From the NCBI GenBank assembly GCA_024704765.1, contig JAKMXF010000305.1, positions 100,682 through 164,681 on the forward strand: a stretch of DNA of 64,000 bases. Reading direction: 5' to 3'. The notes below the pieces were generated by a model, which was not told the origin of the DNA, did no database searches, and saw only the letters and a list, made by a program, of their open reading frames with translations. Numbering within the stretch: position 1 is the stretch's first letter; each line of letters opens with the position of its first letter. Of the stretch, positions 39,579-52,437 are shown piece after piece. A program made the position numbers and the translations under genes. This DNA comes from Oopsacas minuta. Lineage: Eukaryota > Animalia > Porifera.

Positions 39579-39759
39579 CTTCGTTCTGAAAGGTTAAAGA
39601 CTCAATCGTTAAAGACTCTGTAAAACTCGAAGATCTTCGATTGTCCCCAGTATAGTACCTTTGCTTTAAAATAGAAAACTGACTCTCAATACGTTGATGA
39701 AAAGGATATAAAGATTCCTCGCACAACTTCCCATGTAATCGAATCCCATCTTGGCATAT
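39579..39759 (-). CDS. DOCK: DOCK family GEF, end of DHR2 (181 bp, phase 0 to phase 1)
   Basis: Acceptor cgcttccttcag, donor GAAG/gtaata. Encodes ICQDGIRLHGKLCEESLYPFHQRIESQFSILKQRYYTGDNRRSSSFTESLTIESLTFQNE, similar to DOCK1 EGIRIHG...LRPFHERME. Phase continues from EQIE. Confidence 0.92.
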
Positions 39760-40189
39760 CTGAAGGAAGCGAATATTGTTATTTGGGCATGGCATAAGCA
39801 CAGATCATGTGTATGTAAATAATATCGTAAAACATTATAATGCAAGAGGAATTGAATACCTGGATGCCGTTGAATGATTACAGTATCACTGTCAAGTATC
39901 GAATCATGATCAAACAGACGAAATATGGAAAATAATACATATATATTATGAAAAAACGATTACTCAGTATATGTGTATACAAGTGATTAAATGTTTGGAA
40001 ATTATATGTCAACCAAACAAACAATATACTTAACTACCATCAATCATTATGAAACTTTGCATAGTTCTAGTCCATTGCTATTCAATCGTATCTACAAAGT
40101 TACACATCTATATGGCAGTTTTCTAGAAAACCTATTTGACTTTCCGAAAATATCAATTTATACGTATAAATACAAATGTGTATGTGTAA

Positions 40190-40400
40190 ATGTACATCTT
40201 TGTAAGTCAGAATTGATTGAAGAAACTGGAAGACCCTAAAGCTGAATTTTCATACAGCAATTATGCCTGGCTAGAATAATTTCGGGTCTTGGACGAAAAG
40301 TCACATCTATGACGATATTATGACGTCTTTGTCAGAAGCCTCAATTTTTCCTGCTCCTGAATAATGATTTTATCAGAAAAATGTGAGTAGAGGAGCGGCG
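40190..40400 (+). repeat. Dispersed repeat family copy (others near 29728-29754 -, 56480-56930 -, 63449 +, partial 38740-38920)
   Basis: The 27-mer GAATTGATTGAAGAAACTGGAAGACCC is identical at 40210 and 63449, with diverged reverse-complement copies at about 56882 and 29728. It usually lies beside AT/TG microsatellite-like sequence. Confidence 0.75.
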
Positions 40401-41399
40401 GCGCTCCTAGATAATCCCTTGGATATAGGTAAAAGAGAAATTGGGCATTTGTGAAAATGTATTCGCAATATCATATTATTATCATCTGAATAATATGCAT
40501 AATGACCAAAGGGAATATACAGACAGCGCCGTTCGCTCCCGGTACTTCTTGAATGGAATCATTTGCCTCTAGGCAGCCTCACTTGAAAGACACATGCTAG
40601 CATAAGGTTTATGATTAAAAGATACTGTGATGAGTTTACTATTGTATTTTGACCAGTAATGAATAGTTTGCCGACCAGTGGCTTATAAATATATGTGGTC
40701 ACCTCATCATTTCAAGCATTCATGCCAAAATCAGCCATAGCTTGAGAAGGTCTGAGGTAGTCAAAAAGTAAGACAACATATAAGATGGGGACTCAAATGT
40801 AAAAAATATACCAAGTATCTAACTAAGAGGATTCGATAACCATAAGAGCGAAAGTCGATGCTTAGAGAGTCGTTGCGGTCCTCAACATAGGTGCTATAGA
40901 TCAAGAGTTATAGACCTTGGTATTGTGCGTCGGATGGGCCTAGAGAATGGGTTTGCTGTAAGACTGAGCGGGGTATACGGTCTATGTAACAACCCGATTA
41001 ATGTTAACTGGATTCCTCTACGTAGAATTACAAATTCAAAAATTGGAGAATATTAATTATATTTATCGATTGGATGTCTTGGATAGCGTAGAGGCCACTC
41101 TCCTAATAGGCAGAAAGTTTAGGGATATCTTGGAGGGGTGACATTTGATTGGCCCTACAATTGTCTAAATTTGGGCCACTCCTGGATTACAGTCCAAATC
41201 CTACTGATTGGTGAACCCCCTGGCTAGAGCACTGACAGCCAAAGATGACGAAGAAGGGGAGAAGAAAATGTTACGAAGGAAATGGCGCCAGATTCATATC
41301 GGGCGAGTTGGGAGAAATGGAAGAATCCAGGGGTGAAAAGGGTTATGCCTGAACTTCAAGAGGTATTCTCTAACAATAACAAGCGGCTATCGAGGGAGG

Positions 41400-44300
41400 T
41401 GCAACGTGAATGAGACCCATAGAATCATTACCGGTAATGCACTACAACAAGACCACATCACAAAAGAGTACCTCTACATTGGAGGCATGAGATTAACAGG
41501 CAATTAAATGAAATACTCGCTATTGACCCTCCCATTTATAGGCCCAAGTCACTCTCCTTGGGTATAAGATATAGTGTTGGTGAAAATGGAGGAGGGCAGG
41601 ATGAGAATTGTTATGGACTATCGAATGCTTAAGCCAGTGAGGAAGCGGGACGAATATAGCCTGCCAAATCCTCAATCAATATTCGTTAAACAAGGAGTAA
41701 GCAGGTTCATTTCAAGTCTGGATATTGCCTCGATCTATTGGACGAAACTAATTGCACCTGGAGATGATGAAAATACACACTTCACAATATGCGTGGGAGG
41801 TAAGAGATGCTCGTAATGCCACTCGAGCATTGTAATGCGTCAGCCACATTTAAGAGGGTCATGGATCTCACGCTGTAGCCGATACCCAACGGTCGAAAGC
41901 CATGTTGATGAGATTTTGATGTTTCCAGGGATTTTGACTCAGACATAAGTCATTTACGATGGCCCTCAAAAACCTACAGGTCACTGGATTGCAGTTATGA
42001 AAGAAATTTCAATTCGGCATTGGTTCAGTTGAATTTCTCGGGCAGCGAATTTCCCTAAATGGAAGAAGACCTGTTCTTGATGATTTGTCCCCACTTGAGC
42101 GAAATCCATTAAGCCAATTATTTTACTGTTGAATGAATGAATTATTTTAATAAGATTCAAAACAAGTACATAAATGAAATGTAAGAGTATTAATCACAGA
42201 GAAATATTTGTTAGTTGTCCAATATTATGAGCAATTCCGGTTAAATATTCATCAGCACTCTTCTGTCCCAAGTTAAAAGATAAAGTAGGTTTCTAATATT
42301 TTCGTTGATTTGCCTGTATTTTATATTCTTGGAGTAAGCCTTTATATTTCCGATATTTATTTGAGCTAATAGCGTTTCTGTACATCCTTGCTATCAAATG
42401 AGTTTTGACACAAATTCATAGATATTTGAGTGTGCTTTCCATTCGCTCTATTTAATGCTAAATGCCAAGCTTGCAGATTATTATTCGTTCAAGCTTATGG
42501 TTTACAGTTTCAATCCCGTAGTGTTAAAAATAGTCTACAAGTGCTTGCAATTCATCAGGGCATTCGTGCTTTAGATCTTGAAATGTTGAGGGATAAGTTC
42601 AACTGGTATAAAGACCAAGGCAAGAAGCTTTCGTATATATATATTTTATGATTTTCTTCAGAAGTATAAAGTTGAGATAGCCCCAAAATTAGTACCTTGT
42701 GATAAACTGCTTGGCAAAAATGGAAATAGCATCCACGGATACAGGCTGTAGGAAATTCTAATCTAATGCTGGCTATCAGTCCGCTTTCAAAATCACTTGT
42801 GACAAGCTCTGGTGATAATATCGTGGTTAGCTCATCTCCCTTGCTTTTGAGGGGTCGAATTTAATTCAAATAAATGATATGTGTTTTAGCAGGGAGTAGG
42901 CAATAAATGAGAAGAATTAGTTTATCACCTTCAAACGCATGAATGCTGAATAGTTGAAAGTATAAGTGAGGCACGCTTCTAAATGTACCATCTATACACC
43001 AATGTTTCTTTGTAGAAAACTTTATGATATTAGCTTCTGTACTAAATATATGGATTTCATTACCTGATGAAGAGTAGAGTAGAACGTTAGTACTAGCAAT
43101 TGGTTGCTAAAGGTTAACCAGCATATTCAATGTCTCCCTTGAAGTTGGAAGTATAGGGAGATTGCTTAATTTCTCTCGATACAAAGAAGAATCAATTTGA
43201 CCGAAAGAGAAAATCTTGAAGCAATAGAAGGATTAACAGAGAGCGTAGCTGCATTATCACCATATAACGTTGGTATACGAGTTAGTTGACTCCTTGCCTT
43301 CATTTTCAGGTCAGAAACTATTAATTCAATGGCCCCTAGCATCTGAATCTGGGATACAATGTTCACGGTGAGGAGTTCAAATTTGAATATTACTGTCCCC
43401 TGATCATTCATACTATAGATACAGCAATAGTAATCTCGAGTGCGACAATGCCATCGTTTCTTAGTATTGACCGACACTAATTTGTCAATCTATAAGAATG
43501 ACCTTCAAAACTTAACGCAAGACACTTTTTTGTTGTTTCGTACTGAAATGCCATTTGAAGAAATAATTTTCTTTGACATAGAAAAGGTTCCCATTTATAC
43601 GAAATTGATCTATGATACCAAATATGTATTATTTTAACACCAAAAGCACCCTTTTATTCGAGTCTCATTGTGATAACATTACACCTTGTGATATGGTTTC
43701 GCACAAGTAGGTTTTGCTCAAGTGGATTTCGCTCAAATGAGTTGCGCTCAAGTGGGGAAACCACTTCTTGAATAGATTCAAAAGCTCTCGTGGTTCCTCA
43801 GATAAAATGAGTACAAGAGCTGCAGCAATTTCTTTGGACAGACAACTATTACAGGTACTACATTAAAAATATGTCGGTATAGCCTAGCCTATGGACAAAC
43901 AATTCTGAAAAGTGAGCCATGCCTCAGGGATAAAGATTGCAAGCTGAGAGAAATATTGACGAATGCACAGGTTAACCTGGCTCACCCATTCTGGAATAAT
44001 GATGAATAAATTGAAGCGGATGCAAGCAGTATTAGGGTCGCAGCAGTGCTATATCAGTTGGAGAGGGAAGAGGAAAAGCTAAGACTGATCGAAGTATTTC
44101 TCATCTTCTCTGAGTCAGGCAAGAAGAAATATTCAGCCTGACAACTTCAGATATGGGCTCTTGTTGCAGCACCGAGGAAATGATCCGTTTACGCAAAAGG
44201 AGCAATAGGGCTTCTCACGTATCATTCTCCGCTTCATTGTCTCACGTAGGAGAGGGAGCAAAACCACACATACAACCTAACAGTAAATAGTGAAGTGATC

Positions 44301-45350
44301 TTCGAGCATAGAGTTCTCTCCATGGACGGTGCTGATAATCAATACAAAGGATTAGCGAGGGTCAGAGACAGTACGAAGTAATCGTAAAGGCGTTGAGAGA
44401 GATCATTTCCATCAGGCTCAGAATAATCTAATAGATATTGTACTACTACATGGACAGGATTGTGGTAACCACTACCCTATATCAGGCGACATTACGACTG
44501 GTGCATGTACAGCACGACTTCGGGCAAGCGAAAACGATAAACTCGTTCCAGAAAAGCTTCTTACTGCCACGATGTCACATACTGTGAAAGCTTATCTTAG
44601 CGACTATCTAACCTGCCAGAAAGCAAAACGCAAATCAATCGAAAGAGCAGCGATGAGGGAAATGAGAATTGGAGAAGGATTTCCTGGTGAGGAGATATTA
44701 ATGGAAATTGTTGAAACAACCAATAGAGGGCTACAGATATTTCCTCTTCATTGGTAGGCTTGTTCACTAGATATGTCGAGGTACAGTTACTAAGAGATCA
44801 AGAGGCAAGTTCGATCCTAGCTGCATTCCAACAAGTGTAGGGATATTGCGGGATGGAATGCCGTCTATAATATAAACAGACAAAGGAGCAAACATAGATG
44901 GCCAAGCATTTCGTGAGTTCTGTGCAAAGGCTGGAATTGATAAAGGGTATACTATTCCGTATCATCCGCAAAGTGACGGAATGGAGGCCAGGTAAAGCAG
45001 GTGATAAGATGTCTCCAACTGGACCGCCAACTCGCGAAGGATCCTTGCAAGGACTTTTGAATGAAGTAATTATCCCATATTAACAGTAGTAGAATGCTAC
45101 CAGTAGAATATCTCCAGATTTACTTAATCTAAGAAGGGAACCAAGCTCTACTTTGCTAACGTGGTGCACTCTCATACAGAGGGTGAGATGAACAACCAGG
45201 GGATTATCTGGAGGCTTTACAGAAGAAATGTTCAGAGTTCGAGTATCGTGTGGGAAAAAATTAGCAAATGTTTAGGAGAAGCCAGGCACCTTGTAATAAG
45301 AAAGAAGGAAGTGAAATTAAGATTGGAAACCTGGTACAGTGAATACAGGT
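41400..45350 (+). mobile_element. Degenerate Ty3/Gypsy LTR-retrotransposon pol, split by a MULE insertion
   Basis: RT remnants LVKMEEGRMRIVMDYRML, SSLDIASIYW, MPLEHCNASATFKRVMD. RNase H EADASSIRVAAVLYQ near 44070. Integrase GMPSII*TDKGAN...YHPQSDG near 44860-44985. LTRs not identified. Confidence 0.88.
42081..43762 (-). mobile_element. Degenerate Mutator-like (MULE) element with FLYWCH-like N-terminus
   Basis: TIR core CCCCACTTGAGCG at both ends and CTTGAGC subterminal repeats. Flanks TGTTCTTGA and ACTTCTTGA give a 9-bp TSD at 7/9. Transposase remnants SFEGHSYRL..RWHCRTR, VTSDFESGL..FPTACIRGCYFHFCQAV and TNNNLQAWH. Confidence 0.88.
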
Positions 45351-46197
45351 TATAAAAACATCGTCGGTAACTAGGAAGAATTTTCTTATAACCGATAAGT
45401 AGTATATAGTAGATGCCAGTTATGAAATCACTTAATTGTAAACACATAAGGATTTAGAAACCACGTTAAATAAAAGTATTCTCATATCAAATATATATTT
45501 TATGCCGATTCTACAAACATATTAGGAAAGAGAACCAATTTGAGTACTACATAGAGAGTTCTTATACCGGCATAATACATACAGGACTATATACTAACCG
45601 TTTTCTAGTATGATGTTCTTATATCCGGCATGTTCTTATTACCAGTAAAAATATGATATTAAGGTGAATCCAATGTACGTATTTTTAAGGTTGAATTCAA
45701 AGGGGATATTTTGAAATTAATTTACAAGCGAATGAATAAGAAACATGTATGTCAAATCTTACACAATTACTATGGTAGAATGCATTTTATCTACGGATCT
45801 CTCATGTTTTGATGTTTAGAATTAATTCATTATCAATTTATGGAAAGTAATTAATTTTTGGTCCTATTGTTGTAATACAGGGTTTTGATTTATGAATTTC
45901 CAAAGGAAAAGATGGAATGATAATGGTAAACTATAAATGTCTTAATTTCGTTTATCTCCCATGATGTATGGAAACAGTAAATTGCATTGCCCTATGTAAA
46001 AGCTAAATTATTTTGATTTCCGAAACACATGTCCATGGTCCAAACATTTCCTAAATTGATTATGTCTAGGGGCTCCTTAAGATGCCTATAATTATATATG
46101 CTAGTATGATCACTTTCAAATCACTTTAAAATTTAACTTGCAATCCAATTCAGGGTACATTGGTGAGTTCAAAGTGCACATAAATTTGATAAATCTG

Positions 46198-48399
46198 GAA
46201 TGACACAACAAAATTAATAAAGCAAAATCTAGTATTTAGGGGAATAACACAGGTCCACAAAAACATATTCCTATCTCTTGGCTCAGATTGTTGGAGTGTT
46301 TTTGGGGTATATCGGGGTAGCTGTCTCCAATATACTATTAGCTTTGCTGAATTGGATCTAGTTTCTAGATATCACACAACCTTAAATTTTAAGGTAATAC
46401 TACAAATATTATCGGTTTGTATGTTTATATAAGCATCAACAACTATTTGTTCACAACATAGAACCTTTTATGGATTCAAAACGCATTAGACATTGTTGCC
46501 TCAATGATCCTGATGTCTTTTGTAAATTTGTGGTGAATATATGGCAAAGGAACATCGTTTTAATATTAGAGATAGCTTATCAGGCTTACTTTGGTATTAA
46601 ATCAGGCGATCAGGATAAGTCATGGAGCCCTCACATAGTGTGCAAATATTGCACAGAAACCCACCGTCTATGGGCCCTAGGAAAGTCAAATCCATGAAGT
46701 TTGGGATACCAATGGTTTGGCGAGAGCCCAAGAACCATTACGATGACTGCTACTTCTGCATGGTTAACATGTCTGGATGGAAGCGGCAGAAAAAGAATTC
46801 GTGGCATTATCCTGACATACATTCTGCAAGACGCCCAATTCCACACTACAGCGAAATTCAGGCGCCTGTTTTACGTCCTTACCTGTTACAGCGTTTACTG
46901 AGGCAATTGATGAATCGTCAGACCTCACTTACAGCAGCAATAGCTGTAATGAGTTGTTACAGATTAGTAAAGCGGAACCTTTCACACAGGGGCAGCTCCA
47001 CGACTTAGTGAGAGACTTAGGCTTGTCAAAAGATGATTCAGAGGTCCTGGCTTCCCGTCTCAGTGAACATCATGTTCTCCACAGTGAAGCTAAGATAACT
47101 TATTACCGACGCAGAGACGAAGAACTTATTCGCTATTTCAGTGAAGAAGGTGGTTTCGTGTTTTGTAATAACATCTCAGGACTTCTCTCAGCAATGGGAG
47201 TGTCCAAATACAATCCAAATGGTGGCGTTTATTTATCGCCAGCTCTAAACGGAGTCTAAAGTGCGTATTGCTGCATAATGGTAACAAATTTGCCTGTGTT
47301 CCGATCGGCCATTCAGTAATCTTGAAAGAGCACTATGCAACTATAAAGATGGTCCTACAAAAGCTGCATTATGATGAACATAACTGGATCGCGTGTGTGG
47401 ACTTGAAAATGGTCAGTATCCTGTTAGGACAGCAAAGTAGTTACACTAAATACCCATACTTTCTTTGTTTATGAGATAGCAGAACGGATGAGGTGCACTA
47501 GGAAAAGAAGAACTGGCCAGTTAGTCAAAAGATTGCCGTGGGGGAAAAGAATATCATTAACGAGCCACTAGTTTGCCGTGACCGTATCATCCTACCACCA
47601 CTACATATCAAGTTGGGACTGATGAAGAATTCGTAAAGGCATTGAACAAAGATGGTACCTGTTCCAACTACCGCTGCACAGTATATCGTGGTCTGAGTAT
47701 CGAAAAACTTAAGGTAGGAATTTTTGATGGGCCACAAATCAGAAGACTGATAAAAGATGAAGAATTCGCCTCACACATGACTGGAGTTTAAGCTGCCAGG
47801 TGGTATTCCTTGTCGATGTTGTAAAGGGATTCTTAGGCAACACCAAAGTGGCTAACTACCAGAATCTGGTCGAAGGCATGCTCAAGAACTTCCACAGTCT
47901 GGGAACCAGAATGAGCATAAAACTTTACTATCTCTATTGCCATTTAGAGAGATTCCCTGAAAATCTTGGTGATTTAAGCGAAGAACAGGGCGAGCGATTC
48001 CACCAAGACATCAGGACTATGGAGGAACGGTAACAAGGAAGATCGGACGCTCATATGTTGGCAGATTACTGCTGGAGCCTTATGCGTGATTACCCCCCAA
48101 GAACCTCACAAGAGGAATTCGTATAAGAGAACATTCGTTCATGATTGATAAGTATTCAGATCATATTATATCTCAAATTATCTGCTTATCACGTACGTTC
48201 AATTCTAGTTATAATGTAATACACACATACTATATGGTATCAGTGAACACAGATTCACGGATGCTGAAAAACATAATTTCACATTATCACGAAAAGTAGG
48301 GCCAATTGACCAGAACTAGTACCATTTTCGAACTCAGTGACCCTGATATACCCTAGAAATAGTCTCAACTTATCAGCCAAGAAGATGTTGTTGGCAGTG
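46198..48399 (+). mobile_element. Chapaev3-like (CMC superfamily) DNA transposon, frameshifted
   Basis: Fragments CCLNDPDVFC, YFGIKSGDQDKSWSPHIVC, FGIPMVWREPKNHYDDCYFC, CVDLKM, FDGPQIR, SEEQGERFHQDI across five ORFs in shifting frames. The right end is ...GGCAGTG followed by TAA; the left TIR is decayed. Family name is from recalled motif similarity. Confidence 0.75.
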
Positions 48400-51300
48400 T
48401 AATCATTCTGGTCCTAATCAATTGCAAGCTCACTCAATGATTCATTCGCCCGGTGAGTACAATAATAAAGGGCTGTGTTTCGCTCCATCCATTATTTTTT
48501 TAAAATGATGTACCCCTACAAGGACTTGAAAATTTCACAGTGTCTCCACTATTGACTTAGACTTAGGTACGCAATAATTAAAGGTCTTAAGTTAGTGTGG
48601 GTCATATCACAAATATGACCTCACACAAACTTGCAATTTCGGACTAGGGTAGACGTCGCAGATACAAAAGGCTTAAAAGTTATTTCTACATCGTAGAAAC
48701 GGCTCATCATTTCCAGAATAAATGATTCGCACAACCTACAAAACTAAAGCCTATTCACGACGCTATTTAACCATGGATTATTCCAGTATATTATACATGA
48801 ATTTCAAAAGAATTTTTATCGGTAATATATAATCCAACTATTATCAGTTCGAAATGACGTAATCTGTTTGGTTTAAAGTATTGTGTTGTTAACAATGTAC
48901 CATTTTATAGCTCTGAAAAACTATCACTAGTGCGTCATAGAATCCAGAATTCATATCAAGTGATCTAAGGATGTATATGCGCCAAATATACAATTTTGGT
49001 AATTATAAAGTTGTCACGTAACTGAGTTAAATTAGGTACAATGGATCGCACTTACTTACTTGGTAAAATACCTTAAAACCAGATAGTCATCAGAGTAATT
49101 ATCAAATAAGTGCAACCAATAAGTATACATAACCAACTTCCCAGACACTCGAGATACATTTTGATACGATATCTCAAACCGGTGTGACGCAATCGTGAAC
49201 ATGCCCCATATTTGGTCATTATAAAGATTTACGCAATAGAGCTTCAAAATATTGTATGAAAATAAATCACAAGGGTATGAAAAATTGTGAAAGTATAAAG
49301 TACTTAGCTCGTAGATTAGGTAAGAGCTGGAAATTATTGTTTTCTACGATGCGAATTTGACGTTTCTTTTCAACAATTATTTAGGTAATTTGGGTATCAT
49401 ATACAATTGGTAAATGCTATGCCTACAATTATCTCTTCACTAGCGTCACTAGCCTGTTACTCTCGGTAGGAAACCACAAATGTCACAAAGAATATTCACT
49501 TGAATAACAAAATCTCAAGAATAAATATTGCACAATCACAAAAAAAAGGTTTACAATTATCACTGATCGGAAAGGACATTTTGATGTCCAAATTTACGAA
49601 CGAACAGCCAAGTTCTGCTTGAAGAAAGACTACAAAAGAGGTCGTCATGAATATTTTTGCTACACTGACTTTTGATTGGGTACAGATATACCAACTTTAA
49701 CTTCTTGTTCATGCGTCAAGTCGGCCTATATCCGGAGGGGACAATTTTCCAGTGACATGTCAGATATGCCGATCCGTCACTGGAAATTGATGCTCTCGGG
49801 ATAGAGGCAGAAAGACTGAGCTGGTGACAACCTCTGGTGTAAACCTTCTTCAAGTAGATCTCGGCTGTTCAGTTACGTTCCGTGTTTGGCTATCATAATG
49901 TTCGTTCAGTTAAGAGAAATGGAGAAGACCTTGTTCTTATTAGAAATTATGCCATTGGAATTATTGAAAATTTGTAACAGGCTAGTCGCTGAAAGTAACA
50001 GTTTAATGAGGCTACTGAAAAGATAATATAGTAGGCAAAGCATTTATAAAAGGTTTTTACAATAATACAAAATACACAAATTACCTAAATAATTAATGGT
50101 ATAGAAACAAAAGTCAAATTCACATTGTAAATAACAATAATTTCCAGCGCGTAAGTAATCTACGTGATCAGTTCACGCTGAACTATGCGCTGAGTACTTT
50201 TTAAGATATGGGAAAGTTGGATATATAGGACATATTAGCTAGAGAGATTTACAGTAACTCTAGCGACAATCGAGCAAATGGACGTTGCCAAAACATGTCC
50301 ATTCATGGTACCTAATAGAATTCAGTAAGGAAACAACTATATCCATATTATTAAATCACATTTGCTGTTTATTTGTCTGTTTGTCTGTTTGTTTGTCCGT
50401 TGTCAAGGAAACGATTTACGCTATGCAATTTTGAAAATGTCCATAACTATGTATTTATCGTGATTACCAAGGAAGTAAATAGAATTCAATAAACTTCACT
50501 ATATATATATATATCGAATATGCTAAATTCGAACTTCGCATTTCAAGTTTCTCATATATAAACTTATAGCTACAATTATGAATATAAAGTAGACAGATTT
50601 CAAAATTTTGGTAGAAACATACTTTCAATGGTTATTCTGAAGTAATCGTGTATGCTGATTCCCAAAATGATAGTATAAACAACATATTGTGAATGTTGTT
50701 TACTATTAGTTACATAAAAGAAACAAAGTTCAAAATTGAGGTAGTATCATACTTTCAACGACGGTACTAGGGTAATCGAGTCTGCTGAGTCTGAATATTG
50801 TAAACAAGATCAATAATATTAAACTTCAATTGTTCTTTGTCTGTGTATTTGTCCGTTGAATACGTCGAGGCGCAATGCGCCGAGTTAATTGCGAAGGGAC
50901 GAGCCAAAGTCTCGTAAATACAAAAATTTCATATTTTATGAATACACACTCTTAGTTCACTTGATATTAATATGAAATCGAGGATTTTAGATATTCAATA
51001 AATCCATATTATATGCAGGACTAGAAGTACCTATAGATTAACTAACAAATATTTAACATCTAAGAACAATAGAATTATTACCAATGACACAGTGCTAAAA
51101 ATGAATCTATTTCACATACTTTCAGGAAAAAATACAAGGAATAGAATAATTCTAGAAAAGTACAAAGGTGTAGAAATTTTCTCTTTCGAAAGGAGTTAAA
51201 ATATTGGTACCATAGATTTCATAATTTTGGCTAGAGGCCAGACAAAATTTTGATCAGTCTGAAATAGTGGCACTTGATGTTCGATCGATTAGCAAAGCGG

Positions 51301-52437
51301 AGAAGTACACCCGACGAATATGTTCAATATTTCTCAAACCAGAAATCCCCTTAATTCTTGCCAGTTTTAGTTGCACGACGTTCACGGAGAAAACTAGAAA
51401 ATCTAATAATAATATAGGCAACCATTGCAAATTGTGCCAATTTACTAAGGTATAGTCTGCAAAGCAAAAAAACAAAACAATCGTGATATAAGAGATAATA
51501 AGCAAAGTGTGGCTATAATATATCGAATTATAAAAGTTATCAGGGATATAGTTAGGATGTAACACCGTCATGTAATTATTTCAGGTATATTATCGTCTAC
51601 GTATTCAAATGTTCGTTGTATAATCAGGGTATACAGTTGTATATTTGCTTATGTTGAAATATTTATGTAATTTCTTAACTAATGGTGTATCCTACATGAT
51701 AAAAGTAAGAGAAATCCCCAAAACACCACCCCTTCCACTAAATTTTAGCCTCTTGAGTAGTATAATCGGTGCATTTTAATGTCCTAGTTTTCCAGAGTTG
51801 TCTACATTAATATCTAATGAAACAAAACTACGCTAAATGTGGAAAATTAAAAGGAAATGTCGTGGAACCAAAGTAAACGATACTTACACAAAAATTGGAT
51901 AATACAAAATAAATTACTCAGGAATAAGACGTTGGCTACAATGTTGAACTCTAATTTCTAAATTGAATAACACAGTCAAATACTCCAAATTTTCCATAAA
52001 GAAGAGTCTTCGCGTTCATCACATATGTAATGGAAATATAACTAATTGACAACAAGCAATAATTTCTGCATAGTCTACACTAGTATTGCTTGTTGTCAAG
52101 TGGCTACACAACTGAGCATGTATCCAGATGAACAGAGTACACTACTTCCACGGGCCATGCCCCTGGAAAACAGGTACCCTCTTCCAATTCTTTGCAGGCC
52201 ACACAGAGTGACAGATCTTGGCGACGGCCATACACAGAATAGGGCCCACAAAATGCAATAGCAGGGACCCACAAATTCTCTAGTCGGCCGAGGGAAGATC
52301 AATATTATTAGTGTCAAAATAATATAGAGCCACGAGTTATACATAGTGTAATACACTGATAGAGGATATCTTCGCTGTTTATGAAGTAATCCTGAAAATT
52401 ACAGTATATAGATGCAAAACAGTAAAATATATATAAG

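Noticed and set aside
43166-43477. 104-codon minus-strand ORF as a DOCK C-terminal exon
   Set aside because: It is the FLYWCH-like N-terminal part of the MULE transposase between that element's TIRs.
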